A DNA stretch of 64,000 bases from Gemmatimonadaceae bacterium (GCA_016742275.1 JACVCD010000017.1:32952-96951), one strand, 5' to 3'. Shown: positions 36,901 through 47,384, numbered from the stretch's first letter. Notes: generated by a model not told the origin, from the sequence alone. Numbers and translations: made by a program.

Positions 36901-39438
36901 ATGCCCACAAAGAAGGCAGCACCCAAAAAGGCAGCAAAAAAGGCGACCGTCGCAGCCCGAAAGGTTGCGGCAGCGGCGCCGAGCAAGGCCGCCAAGTCCA
37001 CATCGGTGGCAGCACCGGCCAGGAAGGCCGCGAAAAAAGCTGCTGCCAAGAAAGCCGTGTCCAAAAAGGCGGTGGCCAAGAAGGCTGCCGCTCGAAAGAG
37101 CGCGCCGGTCGAGATCGAAGAGGATGATGAACCGGCACCAGCCGGCGGTACGTCGCTGGTGATCGTCGAGTCTCCCACCAAGGCCAAGAACATCGGCAAG
37201 TATCTGGGGCGCGGTTACACCGTTCGCGCCACGGTGGGGCATGTGCGTGATCTGCCCGCCAAGAAGCTGGGCATCGATATCGACAAGGGGTTTGCCCCGG
37301 AGTACGTGACGATCGAGGGGAAGGAGGACATCCTCACCGATCTCAAGAAACTCGCCAAGGGTGCGCGCGAGATCTTCATCGCTACCGACCCTGATCGCGA
37401 AGGAGAGGCGATCGGTTGGCATGTCGAGCAGTACCTCACGCAGCCCAAGCGGCATGCCGTGTCGGCGCCGATTCGTCGTGTCATGTTCCACGAGGTCACC
37501 AAGGACGCGGTCATCAAGTCGTTGGCGAAGCCGATCGACATTGATACGCGGAAGGTCGAAGCGCAGCAGGCACGCCGCGTGCTTGATCGCCTGGTGGGTT
37601 ACAAGGCCAGCCCTGTTCTCTGGAAGACCGTCAAGAAAGGCTTGTCTGCCGGACGTGTGCAGACGGTGGCGCTGCGACTGATCGTTGAGCGCGAGCGCGA
37701 GATTCGTGCGTTCACGCCGGTCGAGTATTGGAGCGTTGCGGCGGATTTGCAGAAGGGACAGCAGCCGTTTACGGCCAAGTTGCATCAAGTCGATGGCAAG
37801 AAGCCGGAGATTCCGAACGCGGCTGAGGCGGATCGCATTCTAGCCGACCTAAAGGGTCGCAAGGAATTCGTAGTCACCGAGGTCAAGCGGCGTGAACGTC
37901 GAAAGAATCCGGCCGCGCCGTTTACCACGTCGACCCTGCAGCAGGAAGCCGCAAAGAAGTTGGGTTTCGGCTCCAAGCGCACCATGCGTTTGGCGCAGGA
38001 TCTCTACGAAGGCATCGACATCGGCATCGACGGTGCCACGGGCCTCATCACCTACATGCGTACGGACTCGACGCGTGTAAGCGAAGACGCTGCCAACGCC
38101 GCGCGTGAATCGCTGCGCGCGCAGTTTGGTGAGGACTTCCTCGCCGCTGGTGCGCAGCTCTATCCGAGCGGTAAGGCCAACGCGCAGGATGCGCACGAAG
38201 GTGTGCGTCCCACGGATCCGACGCGTCGTCCGGAAGCGGTGCAGAAGTATCTCACGGCCGATCAGTTCAAGCTCTATCAGCTCATCTGGCAGCGCTTCAT
38301 GGCGTCGCAGATGGCGCCGGCTGTGTTCGATACCACGACGGTGGACTTCGACATGGCCGCCGGCGAGCGGAAGTATCTGTTCCGCGCCACAGGATCAGTC
38401 ATCAAGTTCCAGGGCTTCCTCGCGCTCTATCGCGAAGCACGCGAGGAAGGCGACTCCAAGGCGCTCGAGGACGAGCAGGCGTTGCCGGTGCTCGAAGTCG
38501 ACGAGAAGGTGCTGGTCAAGGCTATCACGCCGACGCAGCACTTCACCGAGCCGCCCCCGCGTTTCTCCGAAGCCTCGCTTATCAAGGAACTCGAGCGACT
38601 CGGCATCGGTCGACCGTCGACCTATTCGTCGATTGTGTCGGTGCTTGTGGAGCGACGCTACGTCGCACTCGAGCAACGGCGATTCTTCCCGTCACCACTT
38701 GGCGAAACCGTCGAGAAGGTCATGGTGAAGAAGTTCCCCGACATCTTCAACGTCGGTTTCACGGCGCAGATGGAAGAGGAACTCGACAAGATCGCCGACG
38801 GCGAGATGGATTGGGTGCACGCACTGGGCGACTTCTGGACCCCATTTCAGCGCACACTCAACGACAACGACCTTGATGAGCTCATCGCGCTGGCGTACGA
38901 CCTGAGCGGGCTGTCCTCAGAGAAGTGCCCGGAGTGCGGTGGCAAGCTCGTGGCCAAGGGAGGTTTCTTCGGACCATTCGTGGCCTGCGAGAATCACCCC
39001 AAGGCGTGCAAGTACACGCGCCCTATCAAGGGTGAGAAGAAGCCTGCTGAACTGACCAAGTACCTGTGTCAGGAGTGCGGTGAGCCCATGGTCATTCGGC
39101 ATGGGCGCTCAGGCGACTTCTTGGGCTGCAGCAAATTCCCGAAGTGTCGTGGCACACGCAGCATGCCCACGGGCGTGATGTGTCCCAAGGACGGCGGTGA
39201 GATCGCGGAACGCCGAAGCAAGAAGCGTGGCAAGGCGTTCTACGGCTGCGAGAACTATCCCAACTGTGACTTCGTGGTGTGGGACAAGCCAGTGGCCGAC
39301 ACGTGCCCCGAGTGCGGATATGTTGGTGCCGAAGCCAAGTCCAACAAGACACGCGGTTCGTTCCGGAAGTGCCTCAAGTGCAGCAACGAGTGGGATGTGG
39401 CTTCGCCTGATGAGGCCGAGGTTGCTGAGGTGGCGTAA
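36901..39438 (+). CDS. topA: DNA topoisomerase I with N-terminal Lys/Ala-rich tail and C-terminal zinc ribbons
   Basis: LVIVESPTKAK, ATDPDREGE, SAGRVQ, ITYMRTDS, GIGRPSTY, CxxC repeats. Confidence 0.98.
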   Translation: MPTKKAAPKKAAKKATVAARKVAAAAPSKAAKSTSVAAPARKAAKKAAAKKAVSKKAVAKKAAARKSAPVEIEEDDEPAPAGGTSLVIVESPTKAKNIGKYLGRGYTVRATVGHVRDLPAKKLGIDIDKGFAPEYVTIEGKEDILTDLKKLAKGAREIFIATDPDREGEAIGWHVEQYLTQPKRHAVSAPIRRVMFHEVTKDAVIKSLAKPIDIDTRKVEAQQARRVLDRLVGYKASPVLWKTVKKGLSAGRVQTVALRLIVEREREIRAFTPVEYWSVAADLQKGQQPFTAKLHQVDGKKPEIPNAAEADRILADLKGRKEFVVTEVKRRERRKNPAAPFTTSTLQQEAAKKLGFGSKRTMRLAQDLYEGIDIGIDGATGLITYMRTDSTRVSEDAANAARESLRAQFGEDFLAAGAQLYPSGKANAQDAHEGVRPTDPTRRPEAVQKYLTADQFKLYQLIWQRFMASQMAPAVFDTTTVDFDMAAGERKYLFRATGSVIKFQGFLALYREAREEGDSKALEDEQALPVLEVDEKVLVKAITPTQHFTEPPPRFSEASLIKELERLGIGRPSTYSSIVSVLVERRYVALEQRRFFPSPLGETVEKVMVKKFPDIFNVGFTAQMEEELDKIADGEMDWVHALGDFWTPFQRTLNDNDLDELIALAYDLSGLSSEKCPECGGKLVAKGGFFGPFVACENHPKACKYTRPIKGEKKPAELTKYLCQECGEPMVIRHGRSGDFLGCSKFPKCRGTRSMPTGVMCPKDGGEIAERRSKKRGKAFYGCENYPNCDFVVWDKPVADTCPECGYVGAEAKSNKTRGSFRKCLKCSNEWDVASPDEAEVAEVA

Positions 39439-39443
39439 GAAAG

Positions 39444-39480
39444 GAAGCGGCGCGGCGAAAGCTCGCGCCGCTTTCAATTT
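39444..39480 (+). terminator. Intrinsic terminator after topA
   Basis: GAAGCGGCGCG-GC-GAAA-GC-T-CGCGCCGCTTT followed by CAATTT. Confidence 0.75.
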
Positions 39481-39500
39481 CCGCCGTTTCGCCTGCTGGT

Positions 39501-39540
39501 TCTTTACGCCGCGTCTGCTTTACGCCCGCTTCTCCTTTAC
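39501..39540. repeat. Three direct repeats CTTTACG(CC)
   Basis: At 39501, 39517 and 39534 (period 16-17). Confidence 0.7.
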
Positions 39541-39558
39541 GTAGTTAGTTTGTTATTC

Positions 39559-40911
39559 ATGAGCGTACACGTGGTGGGAGGTGGCCTCGCTGGTAGCGAA
39601 GCCGCCTGGCAACTGGCCGAACGCGGCCATGATGTGGTGGTGCACGAGATGCGCCCTGTGCGTGGCACTGCCGCGCATCGTACTGAGCGACTCGGTGAAT
39701 TGGTGTGCTCGAATACCTTCAAGAGCACGGAAGCCACCAACGCGCACGGCCTGCTCAAGGCCGAAATGCGTACACTGGGTTCGCTGATTCTGACCTGTGC
39801 GGACGCCGCGCGGGTTCCGGGTGGCAGTGCGCTCACCGTCGATCGCGAAATCTTCTCGCAAGGTGTGCATGAGCGATTGCATGCACATCCGCGCATCACG
39901 GTGTCTCGTGAAGAAGTGACTGCGCTGCCGGACGTTGGCATCATTGCCACCGGACCGCTCACCAGTGATGCGCTGGCGGAGAGCATTCGCGCGCGCCTGG
40001 GTGTGGAGTCGCTGGCCTTCTATGACGCCATCGCACCGGTGATTTCGCTCGAATCCATCGATCAGGACTTTGCCTTCCGCGCATCGCGCTGGGGCAAGGA
40101 GACGATGGAAGGCGCGAGCGAAGAAGGGGCGTACCTCAACTGCGCGATGAGCAAGGAAGAGTACGAAGCCTTCATTGATGCGCTCACCACCGCCGATCAA
40201 TTCACGGCACACGAGTTCGATAGCGTGCCGTATTTCGAAGGCTGTATGCCGGTGGAAGAGATGGCTCGACGTGGGCGCGAATCGTTGCGTTTCGGACCGA
40301 TGAAGCCAATCGGCCTGCGCGATCCGCGGAGCGACAAGAAGCCGTGGGCGGTGGTGCAGCTCCGTATGGAGGACCGCGCCGGACGCATGTGGAATCTGGT
40401 GGGCTTTCAGACGCGCCTTCGCATCCCCGAGCAGGCCCGCGTTTTTCGCATGATTCCGGGGCTCGCTGAAGCGGAGTTTCTGCGCTACGGCAGCATTCAT
40501 CGCAATTCGTATGTGAACGCACCGGCTGCGCTCACGCCGCATCTCTCGCTGCGTGATGCGCGCACCACGCTGTTTGCCGGCCAGATCACGGGTGTGGAAG
40601 GCTACACTGAGAGCAGTGCCACCGGTTTGCTCGCTGGCATCAACCTCTCACGCATGTTGGCCGGGCAGGATCCCGTGGTTCCGCCACCGACCACGATGCT
40701 CGGCGCGCTTTATCGCTATCTCCGTGAATCCGATCCCAAGCACTTCCAGCCGATGAATGCCAACTTCGGTTTGCTGGAAGAGCTCACCGATGTGGCGCCC
40801 AAGGTGCTCAAGGACAAGACACGCAAGCGTGAGTTGTATGCCGAGCGTGGTTTGGCGGAGATGCAGAGCTGGCGGGATACCCATGCGCTGGGAACGGTGA
40901 CCATCGCATGA
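39559..40911 (+). CDS. trmFO: Folate-dependent tRNA m5U54 methyltransferase
   Basis: GGGLAGSEAAWQ, ELVCSN, FYDAIAP, YFEGCMP, GQITGVEGY. Confidence 0.97.
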   Translation: MSVHVVGGGLAGSEAAWQLAERGHDVVVHEMRPVRGTAAHRTERLGELVCSNTFKSTEATNAHGLLKAEMRTLGSLILTCADAARVPGGSALTVDREIFSQGVHERLHAHPRITVSREEVTALPDVGIIATGPLTSDALAESIRARLGVESLAFYDAIAPVISLESIDQDFAFRASRWGKETMEGASEEGAYLNCAMSKEEYEAFIDALTTADQFTAHEFDSVPYFEGCMPVEEMARRGRESLRFGPMKPIGLRDPRSDKKPWAVVQLRMEDRAGRMWNLVGFQTRLRIPEQARVFRMIPGLAEAEFLRYGSIHRNSYVNAPAALTPHLSLRDARTTLFAGQITGVEGYTESSATGLLAGINLSRMLAGQDPVVPPPTTMLGALYRYLRESDPKHFQPMNANFGLLEELTDVAPKVLKDKTRKRELYAERGLAEMQSWRDTHALGTVTIA

Positions 40912-41879
40912 CGGGAGCGGCAGAGGTGCAGGGAAGCAATGATGCTGAACTCCCTACGGAGATCGGCGAGTTTCTCGTACACCTCGCCAAAGAGCGCGAT
41001 CTCTCAAAGAACACCATCTCGGCCTATACGCGCGATCTTCGCGAGTTCAGTACGTGGTTGGCGCAAACGAACGGCGAGCAGGGTTGGGACTGGAACGCGC
41101 TCTCTCGTGTCCACATCCGCGGCTATCTCGCGCATCTCACACGACGAGGACTCGCCAAACGTTCCATCGCCCGGCAGCTCTCGGCCGTACGCAGCTTCTA
41201 CAAGTGGATGCACCGTGATGAGCGCGTGGATGTGAATCCCGCGCGTGCGGTGGCTACACCGCGTCTGCCGCGTACACTGCCCGCGTATCTGGATCGGCAG
41301 CAAGCGGACACGCTGTTGCAGCACGCTGCCACCCGTGCGCAGAGTCTCGAGTTCACTGACGTGCGAAATGTGGCCATGCTCGAGCTGTTCTATTCGAGTG
41401 GGCTGCGTCTCAGTGAACTGCGGGGTATCGACCTCGCGGATCTCGATCTGGTGTCGCAGCAGGTCAAGGTGCGAGGCAAGGGGCGCAAGGAACGCATCGT
41501 GCCTCTTGGGGACCATGCACAACGCGCGCTGCGCAACTACCTGGTCAAGCGGGATGTACTGCTTGCTAAACTCGCAGGCTCGCCGAAAGCGCGGCTTGCC
41601 CGTGGTGCCGTGTTCCTGAGTGAGCGCGGCGCACGCATCAGTGCGCGCGCCGTACAGCATGCCATGGTCACGCTCATGCAAGCCGTGAGTGAAGGGGCAG
41701 ATCTGACCACTCACTCATTGCGTCACACGTTCGCCACGCATCTGGTTGACGCCGGTGCTGATCTGCGCGCGGTGCAAGAGTTACTTGGCCACGCCAGCAT
41801 CAGCACCACGCAGATCTACACGCACACCAGCGTGGATCGCCTCAAGAAGGTGTATCGTCAGGCCCACCCCCGGGCTTAG
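40908..41879 (+). CDS. xerC: Tyrosine recombinase XerC
   Basis: YSSGLRLSE, GKGRKER, HSLRHTFATH, GHASISTTQIYTH; housekeeping synteny. Confidence 0.9.
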   Translation: MTGAAEVQGSNDAELPTEIGEFLVHLAKERDLSKNTISAYTRDLREFSTWLAQTNGEQGWDWNALSRVHIRGYLAHLTRRGLAKRSIARQLSAVRSFYKWMHRDERVDVNPARAVATPRLPRTLPAYLDRQQADTLLQHAATRAQSLEFTDVRNVAMLELFYSSGLRLSELRGIDLADLDLVSQQVKVRGKGRKERIVPLGDHAQRALRNYLVKRDVLLAKLAGSPKARLARGAVFLSERGARISARAVQHAMVTLMQAVSEGADLTTHSLRHTFATHLVDAGADLRAVQELLGHASISTTQIYTHTSVDRLKKVYRQAHPRA

Positions 41880-43381
41880 GGCACGCGCGTAAAGGTGAAC
41901 CCTTCGAAGTTGACGCTGACCACACGATCGCCATCGACATTCATGGTCATCACACCGCCTGAGCCGAACAACTCTACTCGAAGCTGATTCTTGGTGGCGT
42001 CGTACACTTCAACCGCACTCCACGCGCTACCCATGCGCGCTTCGAGGCTGCCATCAGCGTTGAGGCTCAGTACCAGAGTGCCCATCGCCGCGTTCGTGAA
42101 TGTGCCGGTGTAAGCCGTGCGGGGCAGCGGCAGTGTTTGTGGGCGCGCAGCACGTCGCTCGCGGTCAGCCTTGATTGCGCCACGCTGACGTTCGATCTGC
42201 ACTCTGAGCGCCGTGAGTGAATCGGCCGATGCCGGTGAGTTGCCGGTCAGGACGCCGTACAGATGCTGCGCTGTGAGCTCAACCAGCGCGGAGCCCAGGT
42301 CGCCGTTGTTGGCAAACACCACGATGCCAAGCTTCTGCTGAGGCATGAAGGACATGTGCGTTGCGAATCCCGGAAATCCACCGCCGTGCACGAGAATGGT
42401 GTCCGTGCCGAGTGTGCCGATATTCCAGCCGAGACCATATCCGGTCACCTGAATGCCACGTGTGTTCTGAGTGAACCGCGCCTGTACGGCATGTGTTTCA
42501 CGCACCGCCGCGGCTGGAAGCACCTGACGACCATCGAGACGCCCGTCATTGATATTGACCTCGAGCCAACGGGCTTCGTCCTCGAGTGTCGTCACCAATC
42601 CGCCGGCGGACTGCATGTTTGCGTCCACTTTGCCGTAGCGAATGCGCTCCGAACCCGTGGCCGTGCTTCGGTACGGTGTGGCCAACGAGGACGCAGGAAC
42701 GCGTGACACGTAGCCGCTCGTATTGCGCATGCCCAGCGGCTTGAAGATCAAATGGTCAAGTGTCGCCTTCCAACTCTCGCCCGTGATCTTGTCCATGGCG
42801 AGTGTGGCAATGTTGTAGCCGAGATTCGTGTAGCGGTAGTTGCGGTCGGGAAGTGCCTCGTGTTCAGCGAGCAATCCGATCAACTGCGCATTGCCGCTAT
42901 ACTCGCCCGAGTAGGCCAGCCGCAGCGCCACCGGCCCTCGACCGATGCCATGCGTGTGCGCCAGCAGTGAGCGAATAGTGATCGTGTTCGGATCGAGCGG
43001 CGCCTTCCACGTGACTTCCGGGAGATACTTCGCGATCGGATCGTCGAGCCGGAAGCGTCCCTGAGCATCCAGCATCGCCGTCGCGAGTCCCGTAAAGGAT
43101 TTCGTGGTCGACGCAACGTAGAACACCGTCTGCGGTGTGAATGGACGCTTGGCTTCAACATCGGCGAAACCAAACCCCTTCATGTACAGCACCTGGGTGT
43201 CACGTACGATCACCACACCAAGTCCCGGCGCCAGATCTAGCGCGAAGAGCGGAGCAATCACTGAGTCGAGACGAGCTATGGGGATCGCCGACCTTGCTTG
43301 TGCTGTCAATGTGCCAGGAACTGCAGCGAGCAGTGCACTGGTGATCGCGAGGGCCAGCGTGCGATATGTCCTGATGGTCAT
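41876..43381 (-). CDS. Secreted serine hydrolase (beta-lactamase class C / AmpC-like + C-terminal DUF3471-like domain)
   Basis: Signal peptide, SxxK (STTK), YxN (YTN), HGG; overlaps the xerC stop convergently. Confidence 0.9.
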   Translation of the reverse strand: MTIRTYRTLALAITSALLAAVPGTLTAQARSAIPIARLDSVIAPLFALDLAPGLGVVIVRDTQVLYMKGFGFADVEAKRPFTPQTVFYVASTTKSFTGLATAMLDAQGRFRLDDPIAKYLPEVTWKAPLDPNTITIRSLLAHTHGIGRGPVALRLAYSGEYSGNAQLIGLLAEHEALPDRNYRYTNLGYNIATLAMDKITGESWKATLDHLIFKPLGMRNTSGYVSRVPASSLATPYRSTATGSERIRYGKVDANMQSAGGLVTTLEDEARWLEVNINDGRLDGRQVLPAAAVRETHAVQARFTQNTRGIQVTGYGLGWNIGTLGTDTILVHGGGFPGFATHMSFMPQQKLGIVVFANNGDLGSALVELTAQHLYGVLTGNSPASADSLTALRVQIERQRGAIKADRERRAARPQTLPLPRTAYTGTFTNAAMGTLVLSLNADGSLEARMGSAWSAVEVYDATKNQLRVELFGSGGVMTMNVDGDRVVSVNFEGFTFTRVP

Positions 43382-43461
43382 CGATGTCGAGGTTGAAGTC
43401 ACCTTCAACCTGTGAGCGCCTCTCGGTTAACGCTTGAACAAATGCAACCGCGCAGCGCTAG

Positions 43462-44199
43462 TCAGGCGATCACTATGCTGCGGAACGTGGAAGGAGCAAG
43501 CCCGGCGACAGATCGGAATTCGCGGCACATGTGCGAGTGATCGGCATAGCCTGCATCATGAGCAATGACGGAGAGTGATCTCTCCGTGGTCTCGCCTAGT
43601 TGCTGCGCCACACGCTGTACGCGGCACCGTTTCCGGAAGTCCGTGACCGATAGACCGTAACATTCGCGGAAGACACGCGCGAGATAGACCGGATGCACCC
43701 CCGCATCACGCGCGAGCTCCGAAAGTGTCGTGAGATGCGGTTCATCCAGGATGTGATCGCGAATACGCGTGATCCACTCTGGTGCGTCGCGGCGGCTGCC
43801 GCCGAGTGCACCAGCAATCGCGAGCGCTTCGAACGTGCGTTGCTCGATTGCTACTGCATCATTCCGGCGAATGGCTGAAGCCAGTGCGAGAAACGCCGAT
43901 GTCGCCGCTCCGGCATGTGTCCATTGCCAGTTGGCCAGCGCAGGGTTGGCGACAATCAGTGAACGGGCCTCGTCTGCCTCGAGCACGATCTGAACGGTGC
44001 GAACACCATCGGCGCCAAACGTATTGGCGTGTTCGACATCAACAGGCTTCACGACGAGACTGAGCGGGTGCGCAACCACATCCTCGCGCCCCACGTGTTC
44101 ACGCAATGAACCGCCCAACAGCAGCGTGACCGACATGGTGTCATGAGCATGTCGGGGCTGCAGAAGGCCTGGCTCGTACTGTTGAATCGAAACCCGCAT
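43462..44199 (-). CDS. AraC-family transcriptional regulator
   Basis: HAH N-terminal motif; ARDAGVHPVYLARVFR, GYADHSHMCREFR; start placed at ATG 44199. Confidence 0.88.
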   Translation of the reverse strand: MRVSIQQYEPGLLQPRHAHDTMSVTLLLGGSLREHVGREDVVAHPLSLVVKPVDVEHANTFGADGVRTVQIVLEADEARSLIVANPALANWQWTHAGAATSAFLALASAIRRNDAVAIEQRTFEALAIAGALGGSRRDAPEWITRIRDHILDEPHLTTLSELARDAGVHPVYLARVFRECYGLSVTDFRKRCRVQRVAQQLGETTERSLSVIAHDAGYADHSHMCREFRSVAGLAPSTFRSIVIA

Positions 44200-44443
44200 G
44201 CACGACCTACGCGGGTGCAACGCGGGCAGTTTCGAAGTGGCCGGCAGTGTGCCGAGCCGGAGGTTCGCGTCAACGCAGATGGCAAGAGAAAAGACGTATT
44301 GCCGAGGGAAGGTGCAGCTTGTAGGCTGCCTGGCTTGTTTTGGCCAGTACTGAGGCGTACCGGAGTGGATCAAGATATTTACGGTTGCGCACTTTGCGGA
44401 TGGCGCGCATACTCTGCTCGCTTTCATTCTCATTGAATTCTGG

Positions 44444-44459
44444 TGGCCACTCTCTTGCA
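44444..44459 (+). promoter_or_regulatory. Sigma54 -24/-12 promoter
   Basis: TGGCCACTCTCTTGCA: GG 44445-46, GC 44457-58. Confidence 0.6.
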
Positions 44460-44473
44460 CAGTGAGGTTCTGT

Positions 44474-45266
44474 ATGACATTTCTGTCGTTGGTACGTGTG
44501 CGCGCGCTATTCGACCAGCGCATGATGTTACGAGGCACACTGTTCTTCGCTTCGGTATGTACTACGAGCGGCTGCGCCGAGGTATAGCTCGAAGCTCCAG
44601 TGAGTGAAGCACGCACAATCCAGGCAGCAGTAACGCTTCGGCTTCGCACTGGATCAGTACGATTGCTATGAGTGGCATCCCAATACTCCGCTGCGGTTGC
44701 AGGCTTGGCGGTGGATGCACCTCGCTCAGCGTCTGGGCTGGGTACCTCCCGACTGGGCTGATATGACCGGCACATTGGATTCGCTGTACTATGTCAATGG
44801 ACTTCCCTTCTACTCTCAAAGTATGAACGACGGGATCGTCCCATGGAGTGTTTCGGGCTATCCCGGGGGAACACAGCAGCTCACGATGTCGTATTCAACT
44901 TGGGGTGATCTCGGACACACTGCTCAGACGACTAGTGGTACGATGATCGGGTATGTGCGAGGCGTGCTCAATACATCATTCGGCATCCCACTGCGCCCGC
45001 CACCATTTGTTGCAACCATCATCGGAGCGAGCACGGCCGTTCCCAATGCGAGTTGCAACTATGCGGCCAGCGTTTCCGGTGGTTCACCGCCCTATACCTA
45101 TCAATGGTTTGCCGGAAACACGTTGATCGGATCAACCCAATCGATCTATGCCACGGTTTTCTCGCCAGGGCTTGATCTCTCACTGGTGGTGCGCGATGCG
45201 TCGAACGTCACGGCATCGGCGTCCAAGTACGTCTTCACCGATCTCTATGCCAGTGGGTGTTTCTAG
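44474..45266 (+). pseudogene. Disrupted secreted alpha/beta-hydrolase (lipase-like) with C-terminal Ig/PKD-like domain
   Basis: Signal/lipobox-like ORF ending SGCAEV-TAG in one frame; C-terminal ORF 44697-45266 in another frame with NDGIVP and GH motifs but no GxSxG. Confidence 0.45.
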
Positions 45267-46395
45267 AAGCCGGCAGTTGTGCGCCGTGATGTCAGTGGGG
45301 GCGCTGCTGCTAGCAACCTCTTGTACGCAACCCGTCGAGAACTCCCCCGCTGGCCACGTGCTATGGGAGCTGGAGGGCGAAATGTCCACCGCTCCTGTGG
45401 TGGTGGACTCTATCGTTGTGACCGGACTGGTTGATGGACGACTCGTGGCGCGACATCGGATGACGGGTCGTTCACTCTGGCAGTTGCCGTTCAGCGGCGC
45501 GGAGTTTCGTGCCGAGCGTCTGCTCAATGTTGGTGACATGGTCATCGTGCCGCACTTCCTGTTGCATGGCGTAGATATTCGCACCGGCGCGCGCCGATGG
45601 ACATTTGGTGGCGGTGGATCGAGCGCGGGCGTGCTCACTCCGACCATTGCAGGTGACACCGTATTCGTGGCAGGTTATACAGGTGGGACGGCCGCAGCGC
45701 TCAACGCGCGGACCGGTGAAGTTCTGTGGCGACGGGAATTCGAGTACACAGTGTATCACCCCAGCGTGACGAGTGATCTCGCGCTCTATCCATTGCGGCG
45801 GATCGCTGGGCCCAGTTTTCTTGTCGCCTTGGACCGGGGGACAGGCGAAGAACGGTGGCGAGTTCAGGTACCGGACAGCCAAGGGGTCGGCAACGGTATC
45901 ATCTCCGGTGGCGCTGTGTTGGGGGATCGAACGGTCTTGGGCACCTCGCACGGAATGGTGCTTGCCGTGCGACTGAGTGATGGGGTCCTGCTTTGGACGG
46001 CGGGGGGCGACGGTGAAATGAACCGGGCCTATTTCTCTCAGCCCCTCGCGTGGCAGGGGATCTCGGTCATGCTGCGCACTGCAGACGGGGTCTTTGAGGG
46101 GCGATCGCCAGTCGATGGTCAGTTGCTATGGAGCACGGCTCTCGGCAGCTCGGTCATGTATAGCCCGCGTCCATGCGGCGAGTATTTCTGCCATGCTGCT
46201 GGTCGCACGTTGGTTCTTGACAAGGGCGGAAACGTTCTCTGGGCCGATGGAGGTGGCAGCGGGGCGATCTATCTTTCCAACGTCACTGTGGCCCCAGATG
46301 GCATCATGTATGCCGGCGTGTACTACAACGCACCGCAGCGTGGCTACGTCCGGGCCTTTCGTTCTGGCGTCTCCATCGGGAGTCACGGCCGGTAG
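45247..46395 (+). CDS. PQQ-like beta-propeller lipoprotein (BamB-like repeats)
   Basis: Lipobox LATSC; repeats TGRSLW, TGARRW, TGEVLW, TGEERW, DGVLLW. Confidence 0.85.
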   Translation: MPVGVSRSRQLCAVMSVGALLLATSCTQPVENSPAGHVLWELEGEMSTAPVVVDSIVVTGLVDGRLVARHRMTGRSLWQLPFSGAEFRAERLLNVGDMVIVPHFLLHGVDIRTGARRWTFGGGGSSAGVLTPTIAGDTVFVAGYTGGTAAALNARTGEVLWRREFEYTVYHPSVTSDLALYPLRRIAGPSFLVALDRGTGEERWRVQVPDSQGVGNGIISGGAVLGDRTVLGTSHGMVLAVRLSDGVLLWTAGGDGEMNRAYFSQPLAWQGISVMLRTADGVFEGRSPVDGQLLWSTALGSSVMYSPRPCGEYFCHAAGRTLVLDKGGNVLWADGGGSGAIYLSNVTVAPDGIMYAGVYYNAPQRGYVRAFRSGVSIGSHGR

Positions 46396-47375
46396 CCACT
46401 GATCGGCGTCCCACCACTCAGAATTTCCACCGCACGCGCGGTATCGAGATTCCCGCCACACAACACGATGCCGACCGATTTTCCGGCCAGTCGTGGCGCC
46501 AGTAGTCGGAGGCCAGCCAGGCCCGCCGCTCCAGCGCCCTCTGGCAGATTGTGCGTGATGCGCCACAAATCCCGCACCCCCTGCGCAATCGCATTGTCGC
46601 TGGCCAGTACGAAGTCGGTGAGACCGTTTCGAAGCGCCGGAAAGGTGAGCTCATACGTAGAACCGGTCGCGATGCCCTCAGCGAATGTGTCGACCGGTGC
46701 GCTGTTGCGAGAAACTCCAGCATGCCACGCGTCATGCTGTGCACTTGCTCCAGTGCTTTGCACGGCATACACCTCGAGTGCCGGACGCAATGTCGCCGAC
46801 ACCACTGATGCGCCCACAGCCTGCGAGCCGCCCCCCAATGCAATGACCACCGCATCGAGCTCCGGCACTTGCTCCAACAACTCCGCCGTCAGCGTTCCGG
46901 CACCTGCCAGGACATCGCGATGATTGGTGGAGTGCACCAGCACGCGCTCCTCGCGCAGGGCAATATCGCGGCTCGCGGCGACCGCATCATCGTAGCTGTC
47001 GCCCGCTTCCACCAGCGTGGCGCCCAGTGCCCGGATGGCGGCGTTCTTGTCCGGATTGTTGCCACGCGGCACACAAATGGTGACGGAGACACCGCGAGCT
47101 GCTCCAGCCCACGCCAATCCAAGACCGTGATTGCCTGTTGATGCCGCGATCACACCGCGTGACGCATCATCACCAGAGAGCGCCGTGACCGCCGCGGTGC
47201 CGTTGCGAACCTTGAAGCTGCCCGTCGGCAAATGGTTCTCGTGTTTGACGAGTACACGAATCCCGTAGCCGACCAGTTCATCGAGCAGTGGATAATGCCG
47301 GACCGGGGACGGATCGAAGAACGGTCGGAGGCGGGCGCGTGCCGCGAGAACGTCGGCGTAGGCAATAGGGTACAT
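46383..47375 (-). CDS. Threonine/serine dehydratase family PLP enzyme (catalytic domain only)
   Basis: [30 protein letters not shown]. Confidence 0.9.
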   Translation of the reverse strand: MYPIAYADVLAARARLRPFFDPSPVRHYPLLDELVGYGIRVLVKHENHLPTGSFKVRNGTAAVTALSGDDASRGVIAASTGNHGLGLAWAGAARGVSVTICVPRGNNPDKNAAIRALGATLVEAGDSYDDAVAASRDIALREERVLVHSTNHRDVLAGAGTLTAELLEQVPELDAVVIALGGGSQAVGASVVSATLRPALEVYAVQSTGASAQHDAWHAGVSRNSAPVDTFAEGIATGSTYELTFPALRNGLTDFVLASDNAIAQGVRDLWRITHNLPEGAGAAGLAGLRLLAPRLAGKSVGIVLCGGNLDTARAVEILSGGTPISGYRP

Positions 47376-47384
47376 TCAGGCAAT

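Noticed and set aside
40908-41879. Tyrosine recombinase as integrase of a mobile island
   Set aside because: Sits in the housekeeping topA-trmFO-xerC context with host codon usage; I saw no att repeats, tRNA target or dif-like site
44445-44459. GHSLA in one frame as the missing lipase nucleophile motif
   Set aside because: Not GxSxG, closed by a stop two codons later, lies upstream of the signal peptide and coincides with the sigma54 box
44200-44775. 192-aa N-terminal extension of the AraC ORF
   Set aside because: No domain-like composition, overlaps a plus-strand promoter and gene remnant; ATG 44199 gives a normal-sized AraC protein
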